Origin: Octopus bimaculoides
Lineage: Eukaryota
Assembly (NCBI RefSeq): GCF_001194135.2
Contig: NC_068991.1
Location: 7,291,988 to 7,355,987 of the forward strand
Length of the DNA stretch: 64,000 bases
Direction: 5' to 3'
How positions within the stretch are numbered: position 1 is the stretch's first letter; each line of letters begins with the position of its first letter. The position numbers and the translations under genes were made by a program. Below the pieces are notes generated by a model. The model made no database searches. It worked only from the letters and a program-made list of their open reading frames with translations, and was not told the DNA's origin. Of the stretch, positions 1 to 11,457 are shown piece by piece.

Positions 1-1883
1 GATAAAATACTGCTAAGCATTTTATCCAGCGTACTAACGATAATGCTAGCTTACCGCCTTATTGAATAATATTAGAAAATCTACTAAATTCCGCCGAGGT
101 TAATTTTGCTTTTCATCCTTTCAAGGATGATAAAATAAGTACCAGTTGAGCACTGGGGACGATGTAATTGACTTAACCGCTTTCCTGAAATCGCTGGCCT
201 TGTGCCAAAATTTGAAAGCAATATTAGAAGTTCGTCTTAGGTGACGTGCAGGCCAAACAATACCTAGCCGTATTTTTCCGACTCATTATGAGTTAACATT
301 CTACCAAGATCGACTCTGTCCGGAGTCGATAAAATAAAGTGCCATTTAATTACTGAGATCGATGCAATCGACCAACACTCGCCCCTCTAAAAAAAATTAC
401 TGGTTCAAAACATTAGAGCCGGCCCTAACGTTGCTGGCGCTCTGGGTAAGCTGGAAGGCATGTTTATAATTTTAGTATTCTTTGTCAAAGAGAAAAAGTA
501 TAAATCTAGAAATAAAAGTGTTTATTACAGTTTATTAAATGTAAGAATAAATGGTTTTATATATTATTTTCACATTTCTCTCCTTGTATATGGAATTTAA
601 AACACGACGTGACACCCTTAAGCACGTTGCAACCTGGGCGACTGCCCATGTTGCCGATACCTTCAACCAGCCCAGAATGTTTACCATTTATTTTTCAGTT
701 TAACATCACAGACATAGTTTTTTTTGTTTTTTTGTAATAATTGAAATCGCGGTGCATTGTAATATATATGTATCGTATAATAAATAAATAAACAAGAATA
801 AAAACAAAGGATCAGTTTACTTGTTCTGAGTTTGAAGCTGAGAGAGTATGTCGCGCAATGTAAATTCTTTTTATTCTCTTAAGAACGATTTTATTTGATG
901 ACGTTCGCTGGTTTTATTTTTAATACGTTGCTTTTATTTCATACAAGTTTTCTTTTACTCTTATTTAAACACGTCCTTTCACATAATTAGGGACGCGGAA
1001 TTTGTTGACTATCAAACATTGCTCACAATAATAGACTTACTTGGATTTAGAGTATCGCCTTGCTGATAAAGTATAGTAATTCTAATATGAAAATACCTAA
1101 ACGTCCATAACAGGGTTTAATTTTATCTGCAATTCCTCTGTAACAATAAGGGTTTGTGAGTTCAATCCTAGCTCATTGGAATATATATATATTATATATA
1201 TATATAGCAAGAGAACACGATAAAAGAATTTGCTGATTCAGATATGAGTAAATAGAAATGAATAAAGTTGAGGGTTCTATAAATTTTAATATTATAACCA
1301 TAATCCTCTTCAGAAATACAGAAATTCATGCTTGGGAAAATATCAGTCCCTGTTGAATAGGGGCTGATATGATTAAAAAAATGTAAATATTCTAATAACA
1401 GCAATTATATAATTTCTTAGGATTGCCTTTCATATTGTTATCATTTAAAGCAAAATGCGGACAGTGTTTTCACTTTGGAAGACGAAGTTGGACAAGTTTG
1501 TTAAGGAGAAAATTGTGGGCAAGAAAAGAGATTCATGAGTGAATAAATCAGCCTGAAATAGGAACAATAGAAAACCGGTAACAAATTTATCCGTCTAACA
1601 TTATCGTATTTCTCTTCAAGTTCCCTTTAAAGATATTAGATTTCATCAGATCAAGAGGGTGCCGTAATGTTTTCATGATATTTAAGATGTAAGTGGAGAA
1701 GAGGTATTGAGATCTGAACGACTGACAAAATATGATCAAGAATCACTTTCACTTAAATGATTCTACGGCCTCTGATTTATGCAGCCAGCACATTTTTGAC
1801 AACTTGATTGAGAAAATAATTTTAAAGCATTGATTCAGTATTCAAACAATATATAGTCTTTAAACTTAGTAAAGAAAGAAGTA

Positions 1884-1966
1884 GACGTCAATGACGTCCA
1901 ATTTGGCAATAAGCAACATCTGTTGCATATATAAACGCCCTCTTTGATCGATATGGCGTCACTGCT
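1884..1966 (+). promoter_or_regulatory. Probable core promoter of the fibrinogen-related gene
   Basis: CRE-like GACGTCA (1884-1890) and TGACGTC (1892-1898), CCAAT (1898-1902), TATATAAA (1928-1935), Inr-like TCACTG with A at 1961 (TATAAA at -31). No ATG in the 258 nt between 1961 and the signal-peptide ATG at 2219. Confidence 0.6.
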
Positions 1967-2218
1967 ACGTAGGTAAAAATAAAAGCATTGAACGTCATCA
2001 AAATCATTCTGCAAGAAAGAAAATCAACATTGAGCCACGTACTTCCCAGTTTGAAAGATTGGACTCGTAACTGATTGCAACCACAATCGCAATTATTACA
2101 GAAATAAAACTCGTCAAAGTCGTCTCTACAACCCGTGTTTAGAAACTAAATACCAAACATCAACTGCAATAAAGGTCAAGCTTCTAATATTACTTTTGAA
2201 TAAGACAATAGAGCAAAA

Positions 2219-4081
2219 ATGAAGATTGGATTTATTTTATTGTGTCTCATCTACTCAGCCAGGTACGTAAGATATCTTTGAGCTTTCTTTTACCAACTAA
2301 CATTACTATAAATTAGACAACAATAAATAAATAAATAAAAGAAGATTGCTCTCAGGTTTGGACCTCTCAATCTGCAGAGGCCTTAAAATAATTAAAAGAC
2401 ATATATATGTTGGCAATATTTGTGTGAGTTCAAATTCTGCCAAGGTTGACTTTACCTTTCATCTTTTTAAGTTCGATAAAATAAGTACCAGTTGAGCACT
2501 GGGTTAATGTAATCAACTTAACCCCTCCCCTCAAACTGATGGCCTTTTGCTCTAAAAAAAAGTACTCACTTCTCTTATTCTATTTTGACCCATTTCTTGG
2601 TGCCAATAATTCCTTCCAGTTAATAACACCAACTTATTTTTACACAATTTCCAATTTGAATTTTTTGGTGTTTCCGTATTCAGATGATTTGTTTGTTAAT
2701 GTTTACAGTTGTCCTCCAATCATTGGAGAAATTCTTTATTAAAAAGAAAGAAAAAAAAAGATATTTTAATTCTTTCTTCCTTGATATCATAAAAGCAAGT
2801 AATTTCAATAAAGACAGCACTTCAAAATACACCTGATGACACGTGTGAATAACAATGATGCAATTACACCTGTCATTGTAATCAGAGTCCTCAAACTTCT
2901 ATTATCATAATCAAATTAGGTTTAAACATTACATATTTTCACAAATCATTTACCTACAATTTACAAAGGTAAATAATAAAATATGAAAAATAATTTTCAA
3001 AATTTATACAAGATATAAGTAAATAAATAAAACGCTTGATTATATATTACACCAAGAGTTCCTGGAGTTTCTCTCTAAAAATTTTGCAGTAACCCAAAAC
3101 ACTTGTAATCACAAATTATTAGGTTGAGGAAAAAGTTTGTACACCATGTTAAAATAATGCTTTTTTAAATATTTTTGTGGTGTGTGTGTTCATTCAGTTC
3201 ATGTCATGCTCAATGGTGACTCACTGTGTTTGTCAAAAATGTGCAGATAATGCCAGAAAGGCAATTGCATAATTTCTGCTGCTGATAGTCTTTGCCCCTG
3301 AAATCTTAATGATGATATCTCCTTGTTGGCCAGAAACTCTGGCCTCAAGCTTTTAGAATGTTCCACAGAATTCATATATAGTTTTTCTTCAAGAATCTCC
3401 CCCTCTGTACTAACTTGTTCAGTCTTCCTCAACTCCATAACACTTGAGTGTAGTTTGAAATGCTTCATGTGAAAGTATCTTATCATCGGTCTCCTATACA
3501 ACAGGGCTTCCACACAGTTTTCACTCACCAAATCCACTCACAAGACATTGATCTCAGCTCAGGGAGAGTAGTAGGAGACACTTGCCCAAGGTGCCATGCA
3601 GTGGAATTGAACCAAAAATCATATGGTTGCAAAGTAAGCTTCTCTAACCACACAACCATTCTTGCATCTGTTCCTCTATAAAAACTGGAAATGAGTGATG
3701 GATTGCATTAATATAATAAATAACTTATAGGAATGAATTGATACATGAATAATGAATACATTTTTTTTTCTCCTTTTAATTTCAGATGTGAAAGTGGAAG
3801 CAAACAGGACATTTCTCTCTGGTATAAAGATATGATAAAACAGGGAGCTTTTGAAGGGGATTTGACTTCAGCTCAACTAGAAGTGAAAAATTCTATAGAA
3901 AAAATAATTAAAAGTTCAATGAAAAGTAAAAGATTGTTTGATAGAGAAAAACTTTTAGCTTATGAAAATATTTTGAATTTGAATGACAATAGGGATTTTG
4001 AGGATGACGATGAAACAGAATTAAATGATGATGATGATGGTGATGATATGGATAACAATAGCGAGGAGGTTAGTGTGCATG

Positions 4082-4117
<36 letters not shown>

Positions 4118-7100
4118 TGGAGAAGGAAAATTTTAAAAGTCAACATGTCAAAGGTGATATCTTACTGAAATCTTCAACAACAATAGAATCTAAAAATAAT
4201 GTCTCTGAAAATACGACAAATTTAAAAAGTATGAAAAAATTATTAGATGAAAAGCAAACAGACGATAAGGCCAAACAGATTCCCAAAAGAGAAGAAACAA
4301 CAGTTGAAATATTGCAATCCAACCAAACGAAAACAGTGTTTGAAACAAAATCAGTTGTGAAAAAGATTAGCAACAGGATTCCAAAAATTTCTATTCGACA
4401 TTTATACAAAACTTGCTATAGTAATTTTTCCAGCCATTTAGATATATTTTATGCATATGAGAAGCAACGTAACAAACTTTTCCAGAGAGAAGAATATTTA
4501 GATAATAAATCTATGCAATCAAATTGGTTTTTTAAAATCTTATATCAGATACAGCAAAGCCAAATGATTTCACCTTCACCAAATATTCTAAAAATGTCAA
4601 AAGTATTCAAAAAATCAAAGGCATCTAAAAGCAAATATAAAGTAAGAAACATTTTGAAACTTTGCTTAAGAACCTCAGATTGTTTGAAAGTATGTCGATA
4701 TTTCTTTGAATTTCAAATGTGCATACCTGGATTTAATTGGATAAGGAATAGTTCTAGTAAGAACCGTTCTTATTTAGTTCAATGGGAAGCTTTTCCGAGA
4801 AAGGAAAATTTTGGAATTAATTTTAATAAAAAGTCATTCAACAATGACCAGAAGAAACTTCAAAGAGATAATGTCAAAATAAAGGAAAAGACCAAAGATG
4901 AAAAGATCAGAGATGGAAAGAAAATGTTGGATAAAACTGGCAAGAATAAGGGAAAATTTACTGAAAATAAGATCAAAGAAAATTCCCATACTTCAGATAA
5001 TAAGAAACAAAATAATAGAATGTCCACCAAAACAAAACTGTCTTCTGATGATTCACAAAATAAAATTGAAAATAAAATAAAGGAAACGAATGTGAATGAA
5101 GAGGTAAATAGTAAAGGAAGAAATGTTCCAGTTCAGGAAAATATTATGGAAACTCCTCAAGATAAATCATTTAATCAAAGATTAAAAACAGAAAACAGTG
5201 TGGATATTGGTATGGTTAACAAGATAGTTGATGAGATGTCAAATGAATATTTGATCAAGATACAGTCACTAGAGCTAGCAGTAACAAAATTAGAGAAAGA
5301 ACTGCTAACAGGACAGCTGAGCAGAACTAATGACCTGTTGTCATTATCTCAACTTGAAAGCCAGATTCTCCATTTACAGACAAAATTAATGAAACTCAAT
5401 CAGACATATATCAAGCTTGAACAAGAGAACCAAGATTTGAAACATGGTCAACAGAAAATTTTTGAACTCAAACAACAGAATGAGAGACAATTGACTAGTA
5501 ACTTTGATGTGAAGAATAAGATCCATAACCAGACTAATTTAATCAGACAACAACAAAAAAATTTTGCTGATTTGTCTTATATGGTACAAAATCAATCAAA
5601 TCTTCTTAGTAAATTAACTCATCGACAAGAACAGATAGAAGAAGAAAATAGAATACTTCATCAAGTTGTTATGAACCAGTCTTTATATATTTCACATGTC
5701 TTGAAGACAGTTCATGTATTAACCAATCAGATGCAAGAAGAACGTATTCGTGAAAATACTAACAAATTTAACATGTTTCCAGTTCAATTAATTGAAAAGT
5801 TAGAATCATTGATATCTAGCAGGAAAATAGTTGAAGGTGAGAAAATAGAAAAACATATCAAAAGGAAAGGGAAATCAAAAAATATAACTTGTAAAAAACC
5901 TTGGATTTCTGTGGGAAAATATTCTCATCACAAACTAGTGGTAAAACAAAATAGGTTAAAGTATAGGTATTTCACTCTTTTATCGAAATCCTGCCTCATA
6001 TTTGATAACATAGATGAACAATCTTTGCCAAATTTACCAGCATCTTCAACTCAGTATAAATTAAGATCATCTACAGCTGTAGAAAACAAAAACGAAACTA
6101 TAAATAAAACCATTGCAAGAAAGAAACAGGAAACTCAAAAGAGCTCAACACTTCCACAAAAAAATCAGTCGAGTAAATTTAAAGTGCAGGAACCAAAAAT
6201 TAAAGAAACTGAAAAAAGCAGTCAGAATGTAAAAGAAATAAAAGATGAACAGAGTGTTAAAATTAAAAAAGAAAATGATACAAAAGTAAAAGATGGGAAT
6301 TCAGAAGAAAAAAATCAACGCCAAAGTCATAATTCTGATAAAGTCAAGCCAAAAGTAGCTTCCCATAGTAAAAAAGAATCTGTTGAGGTCCTTGCTGGTC
6401 AGAAACCAACAAAGAGTTCTGAGACCAATGTAAAGAATAATAAAGAAGAAAAAGAGGGAAACAAGAAAATGAACGATAAAAACTTAGAACTGAAGGAACC
6501 ACTCTATGTTGATGCAAAACAGAGCGGACCAAAAGGTAAGATGGTTTCAATTGTTAAGGCCTACTGTATTAATGTCATCATTATCATCATTGGTTGTTTG
6601 TGTCTCAGAAACTTAGCAGTTCAGCAAAAGGGGTCATTGGAATAAGTATCAGACTTAGGCCTCCACCACCACCAAGTAACCCATACGTACTGGGGTTGGT
6701 TTGCTCAACTAAAACCCTTCGAGGTAGTGCTCCATTATGGCTGTTGTCCAATGAGTGAAACAAGTAAAAGATAGAACCCTTGATTCTCTGTAGCAGCTTG
6801 CTGGCCACTTTTGTCCCCATCTATAACAGTATTTTACCCAGTCCCCTAAGCTGTTTTCACTGATATTCTCCTGCATTCTAGATTTCCTTCTTTTCTAAAA
6901 TACCAATTCATTTGATGCATCAATGTTTGTTTATAAAAATATTCCCACAAAGCAGTCTTGTTTATTCTTTATCCTTTATTTGTTTTAGTCATTAGACTGT
7001 GGCCATGCTGGGGCATTGCCTTGAAGAATTTTTTGAGATGAATGTCTCAACCCCAGTACTTAATTTTTAAAAGCTTGGCACTTATTCTATCAGTTATTTT

Positions 7101-9194
7101 GCTGAACTCCTAAGTTACAGTGGACATAAACACACTAGCACTGAGTGTCATGTGATGGTGGGAGGACAAAAACAGACAGAAACACACACACACACATGAT
7201 GAGCTTCTTTCGGTTTCTGTCTACCGAATCCACTCACAAGATTCTGGTTGACTTGAGATTATAGTAGAAGACACTTGATCAAGGTACCATGCAGTGGGAC
7301 TGAACTCCAAACTATGTGGTTGCTTCTTACCGCACACCCATTCCTGCACCTTTATAATCAATTTTAAGAATTGGATTCTTCCTCAGTCTGTGATGTTTCA
7401 ATTCTTATTTCCTTACATTTCAGACTGCTATGATTTATATATGAAAGGAAGTTCCAAGAATGGTGTCTATAAAATAAAACCCATTGCTACATCAAAATCT
7501 CTAGATGTTTTCTGCGATATGAAAAATGGTGGCTGGACTGTAATACAAAGACGCCAAGGAGGAACAATAAGCTTTAAACGAGATTGGAATAGCTACAAAA
7601 AAGGCTTTGGAGGTAATACTTTTTTAATTATATTCATTTTGCATCAACATTATCATTTAATGCCCATTTTCCCATGCTTATAACTCTTGTAATGTACTCT
7701 AAAATGTAATACACACACACACATACATGTGTGTGTGTGTAAGAAATTACGATAAGCACAAATGTATGTCATTTATTCTTCTCCATGTTTTGACATTGTG
7801 GTTGTTTGGAACTCTATATTGGATGTAAATAATAAAAGGTTTTGAATGATACAACAATGCACTATAATACAAAAAATGGACTATACACCTGTTGTAATTT
7901 AGTTATCTATAGTCCGATGATATTTCGGAATAAAATTCCTTCTTCAGATATTCTTAGATGGAGTCGCTGCTATAATCTGTTTTCCAACGGCTTTTCTTTT
8001 TTCGGAATGCATCTGTTTTCAAACATTGCACAAGGCTTTGGCAACAACCAATGGTTATGTGAGCGAGCCATCTTAGCTCTGCGTAATGATGCTGTTGACA
8101 AAATCAATTTGGGATCTCTTGCAGCTGTTGCCAGGACAAGAACAGTCTTTCAAATCAATCGACACTCATTGATCAGGATCAAGCTGTAATTTTTACAACT
8201 GAGTTCCTGAACTCTCTGCAGCCATCTGGGATGCCACTTCATAACTTAGCACTTAAAAAGGAGGCCCCAATCATACTGCACAAGAATCTGGATCCACCTC
8301 GTCTGTGCAATGACAACAGACTGGTGCTGAAAGTGATGCAACCCCATGTACTAGAGGCAGCAATTATCACTAGGAAATACAAGGGTGAGGATGTCTTTAT
8401 TCCACGGTTCCCATTAATCCCATCTGATCTCCACTTTGAATTTAAACAGCTCCACTTCCCGGTGAAACTAAGTTTTGCTATGTCAATAAACAAATCTCAA
8501 GGTTGTTGGACTTAACCTTGCTTCTTCTTGCTTCTCCCATTGGCAATTATATGTAGGGTGTTTGTGAGTTAAGTCCCAAAACTCTGAGATCTGAGGATTT
8601 TGAAAAATTTTACTTTCTGCAAGCCATCCCACAATCTCAAATGTATATTTTCTTTTCTTTTTGTTAAAATATATTTCCTGATATCAAACAACTAACTGCT
8701 CCTTTTATTTGATAGGTATTTATGGAGAACACTGGCTTGGTAATGATAACATTCATTGGTTGACAAACCAAGGTCATTACAGTTTACGTGTGGATTTGAT
8801 AGACTGGGAAAAGAATAAAGTAACAGCCATTTATGAATATTTTATGATAGATGATGAGAGCAATGGCTACCGTTTACATGTTGATGGCTACAGCGGTGAT
8901 AGCGGGGATTCCTTGAGCAAGCATAATCTGAACAAATTTTCAACAAAAGATGTCGATAATGACTTAGTTACAAAACAGTTTGGTGGAAGCTGTGCAAAAC
9001 GCTTCAATGGTGCTTGGTGGTATTACAAGTGTTATGCATCAAATCTAAATGGAGTTTTCTATCGTGATGGTTTAGTAGCAGACAAAAAGTTTGATGGAAT
9101 TGCTTGGAAATCTTGGAAAAAAGCAAATTATTCATTAATGAAAGTAGAAATGAAGATAAAACCAAAAACAACAAAAAAGGATTCAAATAAATAA
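2219..9194 (+). CDS. Secreted fibrinogen-related protein (angiopoietin/scabrous-like: signal peptide, long low-complexity region, coiled coil, C-terminal FReD), ~1153 aa
   Basis: Exons 2219-2262, 3786-6535, 7424-7612, 8716-9194; all GT-AG, phases 2/1/1 consistent, total 3462 nt. N-terminus MKIGFILLCLIYSARC is hydrophobic. Heptad-rich segment ~5230-5830. FReD motifs PKDCYDLY, VFCDMKNGGWTVIQRR, GEHWLGNDNIH, FSTKDVDND, CAKRFNGAWWYYKCYASNLNG. Confidence 0.92.
6970..7345 (-). mobile_element. tRNA-derived SINE, family B copy (FReP intron 2)
   Basis: Reverse complement of the family seen nearly full-length at 62728-63120 (same head, internal CA/GT tract and 3' part). Confidence 0.75.
7925..8580 (+). 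mobile_element. Decayed Helitron RepHel fragment (PIF1-like helicase C-terminal half) in FReP intron 3
   Basis: Frameshifted translations WLCERAILALRNDAVDKIN, PLHNLALKKEAPIILHKNLDPPRLCN...RFPLIPSDLHFEFKQLHFPVKLSFAMSINKSQG, then GLNLASSCFSHWQLYVGC match PIF1/Helitron helicase motifs. Stops and frameshifts present. Confidence 0.9.
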
Positions 9195-9986
9195 CTATGG
9201 AAATTTGGATATAATTTCTGTAAAAAAAAAAAAAGAATCCAATTTCAGTATATTGCATTTCATTTGTCACAGCCATTCCATATTGTGTAACATAACTATA
9301 TCCCCTAATCACATCCATGTTATATATATATATATATAACTGCTTATCCCAATCAAAATGATCATTTTAAAGGAATTGAACTGAACAAATGAAATAATCA
9401 ATGTTTCATAAAATATCTTTGTTGGTGATGTAACAATGAAACAGAAATGTTCCTTTATATTTGTACATAGTTTTTTCATGAAACTAGTTCTAATAATATT
9501 GTATATAATTTCAAGGAAACTGAAAAGAACAAAAAATATACAATGCAACACTTATTTGGTTATCATTAAAAATATCTATAACCATTTTTATTGTTTCTTA
9601 GAATATGTTACACTATTTCTTGTAAATTAACAGAGACATTGTGAGTTGTGAGTCTATGATTTGAAACAATTTTTCTGTCATTAAATATTTCAAATAAATT
9701 CTAAATTAAGTTTATATATTAGGTTGTCTGGAAGGTTCTGGGCATTTCGCTCTTAATTGCGAAAGACCCTTTCAGTAAGCTGCAAATATCAAGAAAACAT
9801 CATGCTTCACTTCCTTTAAGCGATTGCTTGTGAGGCTAGGCCTCACTAGATTCTTCCTGGTGAATGCTTACCCTTAATAACTGCATCCCAAAGAATGGCC
9901 TTTCTTTCCAGAACTAAAAAATACTTCAGCCTCTTCCCCCGTTTAACCCTAACAACTACCAACGCTCTACAAAGCTCAAGTAAGAC

Positions 9987-10047
9987 TCTCTGTGTGGGTA
10001 ATGACAGCTCCCGCATTAAAACTATGCTGCCATTACCCACACAGAGA
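9987..10047. other. Near-perfect 22-bp hairpin with 17-nt loop
   Basis: TCTCTGTGTGGGTAATGACAGC (9987-10008) vs GCTGCCATTACCCACACAGAGA (10026-10047): 21/22 complementary. Confidence 0.9.
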
Positions 10048-10883
10048 TCTTTGGCTGCATCTGAAGAGAGGTCACTCAGTTAATTGGCATGGAGTTACAC
10101 GCACACACACTGACTAGCCTCTAGTTCATAGATAAGTTGTCTCCCCTCACTACTTTAGTAGGAAACACTTGCCCAAAGTATCACCCAATGGGACTGAGAA
10201 GTGAGCTTCTTAACCACACAGTCACGTCTGTACCTTAAGCTTCCTTTAAATAAAAACAATGAAATCAAAATAAGTTTTAATACAAAACTTTTTTTTAAAA
10301 GAAATTTTATTATATACAATATAATTTACATCAAAACAAAATACTTTATTTCCTCAGGTTAAAAAGTAATTTAAGACTGACATAACTAATGAGAAAGATA
10401 TCGTAAATTTTGCAAAAATAATTTACTTGATTAAGGAATGTTATTTTAGAATACAAATCAGCTTGAACATTTCACTGTAAAATTCATTGTTGGTTTACCT
10501 TGGCTAAAATTTGGCAGTGATAGCATGTTCATCACTAAGATAAAAGTCCTTTATTATTGAAGAGATGATGAATTTCATAATTATTAAAACATATATGATA
10601 GACACTAAACACAAGAATTTTATATAAACTGTAACAAAAGATATAGACTGACCACAACATTCGTTTCACATTATGCTGTAATAATCAATGGTATGGTAGG
10701 AATCAGAGTCTTAAACAATATCATAAATAAATTAGTGATCCTTATACATACATAAAGAGTGTCTATATGGAAAGCTGTACTAAACTGTAGTGTTTGTCTT
10801 AAGAAAGCTTTTCTTATAGACTTATAGTGTTAAAACAATACAGAAAAATACCAGCAGCAGGCAAAGGTCACCTACCATTAATA

Positions 10884-11086
10884 GTGGAATAACTGGATCC
10901 TGATTTCTGCTTGTTAACTTCTTCAGCAGCAAATATCTATGTCACCTTATGCCAAGCAAACATCAGCTGCAAGTTGATACAGTTAAACAATGATTGAAAG
11001 GTCGCTGGTGTTACATTTAACCAGTAAACTAAACAGAAATGAGCTCAAGAAGCTAACGAGCAGAAATCTGGATCCAGTAATTCCAC
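10884..11086. repeat. Inverted repeat, 44-bp arms, 115-nt spacer (MITE-like)
   Basis: Arms 10884-10927 and 11043-11086 are reverse complements with 5 substitutions. Confidence 0.85.
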
Positions 11087-11283
11087 CAATTAGTACTGGA
11101 GCACATATTCTTCTATGTTTTAACACTGTATGTCAACAAGAGATGTTTTCTCAAGCCAAATGTTGCAGTTTAGAAAGGTTTTCAACATGTAAGTATAAAG
11201 ATTGCTAATTTTGAACTAATATTGCTTCCATCAGTAATAATGAATGATATGAATAATTATGTATAGTTGTGTACAGATATGAA

Positions 11284-11457
11284 AAGACAATATACTGCAC
11301 AAGTTATCTCAAGAGAAGAAATTCTCCTTACAGACAAACTGGGTGAAAATACATCAATAGGTCATTCATGGACACCATTTCATGGTCTAGTGGTCATCCA
11401 TATTATCGATAAGGAGAAATTATTTCTCTTTAGACAACTTGTATAGCATATTGTCTT
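11284..11457. repeat. Inverted repeat, ~47-bp arms (MITE-like)
   Basis: AAGACAATATACTGCACAAGTTATCTCAAGAGAAGAAATTCTCCTTA (11284-11330) vs the reverse complement of 11410-11457, roughly 80-85% identical. Confidence 0.8.

Noticed and set aside
416-673. Possible hAT-type MITE (GCCGGCCCT-like ends)
   Set aside because: The right terminus is too degenerate and no 8-bp TSD was seen, so it is not listed as a feature.
1340-1370. 12-bp hairpin ATATCAGTCCCT/AGGGGCTGATAT
   Set aside because: Too short and isolated; no element boundary or other support.
2835-2860. CTGATGA followed by a GAA-like segment (possible hammerhead)
   Set aside because: No GAAA and no viable stems II, III or I. The other CUGANGA hits inspected (e.g. 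7380, 10062, 21424, 51640, 55780) failed likewise.
3199-3537. 112-aa minus-strand ORF in FReP intron 1
   Set aside because: Its start lies inside a SINE, there are no recognisable motifs, and no splice partners were found.
3745-6645. 966-aa ORF treated as a stand-alone gene
   Set aside because: Both ends are intronic read-through; the true exon is 3786-6535 of the spliced FReP gene.
9944-9953. TAACCCTAAC, and an exact CTAACCCTAAC at 18047-18057, resembling the telomerase RNA template
   Set aside because: No downstream U-rich/A-rich pseudoknot, CR4/5 or H/ACA domain could be built, and TAACCC runs also occur in local mini-elements (53093). An Infernal search with metazoan TR models would settle it.
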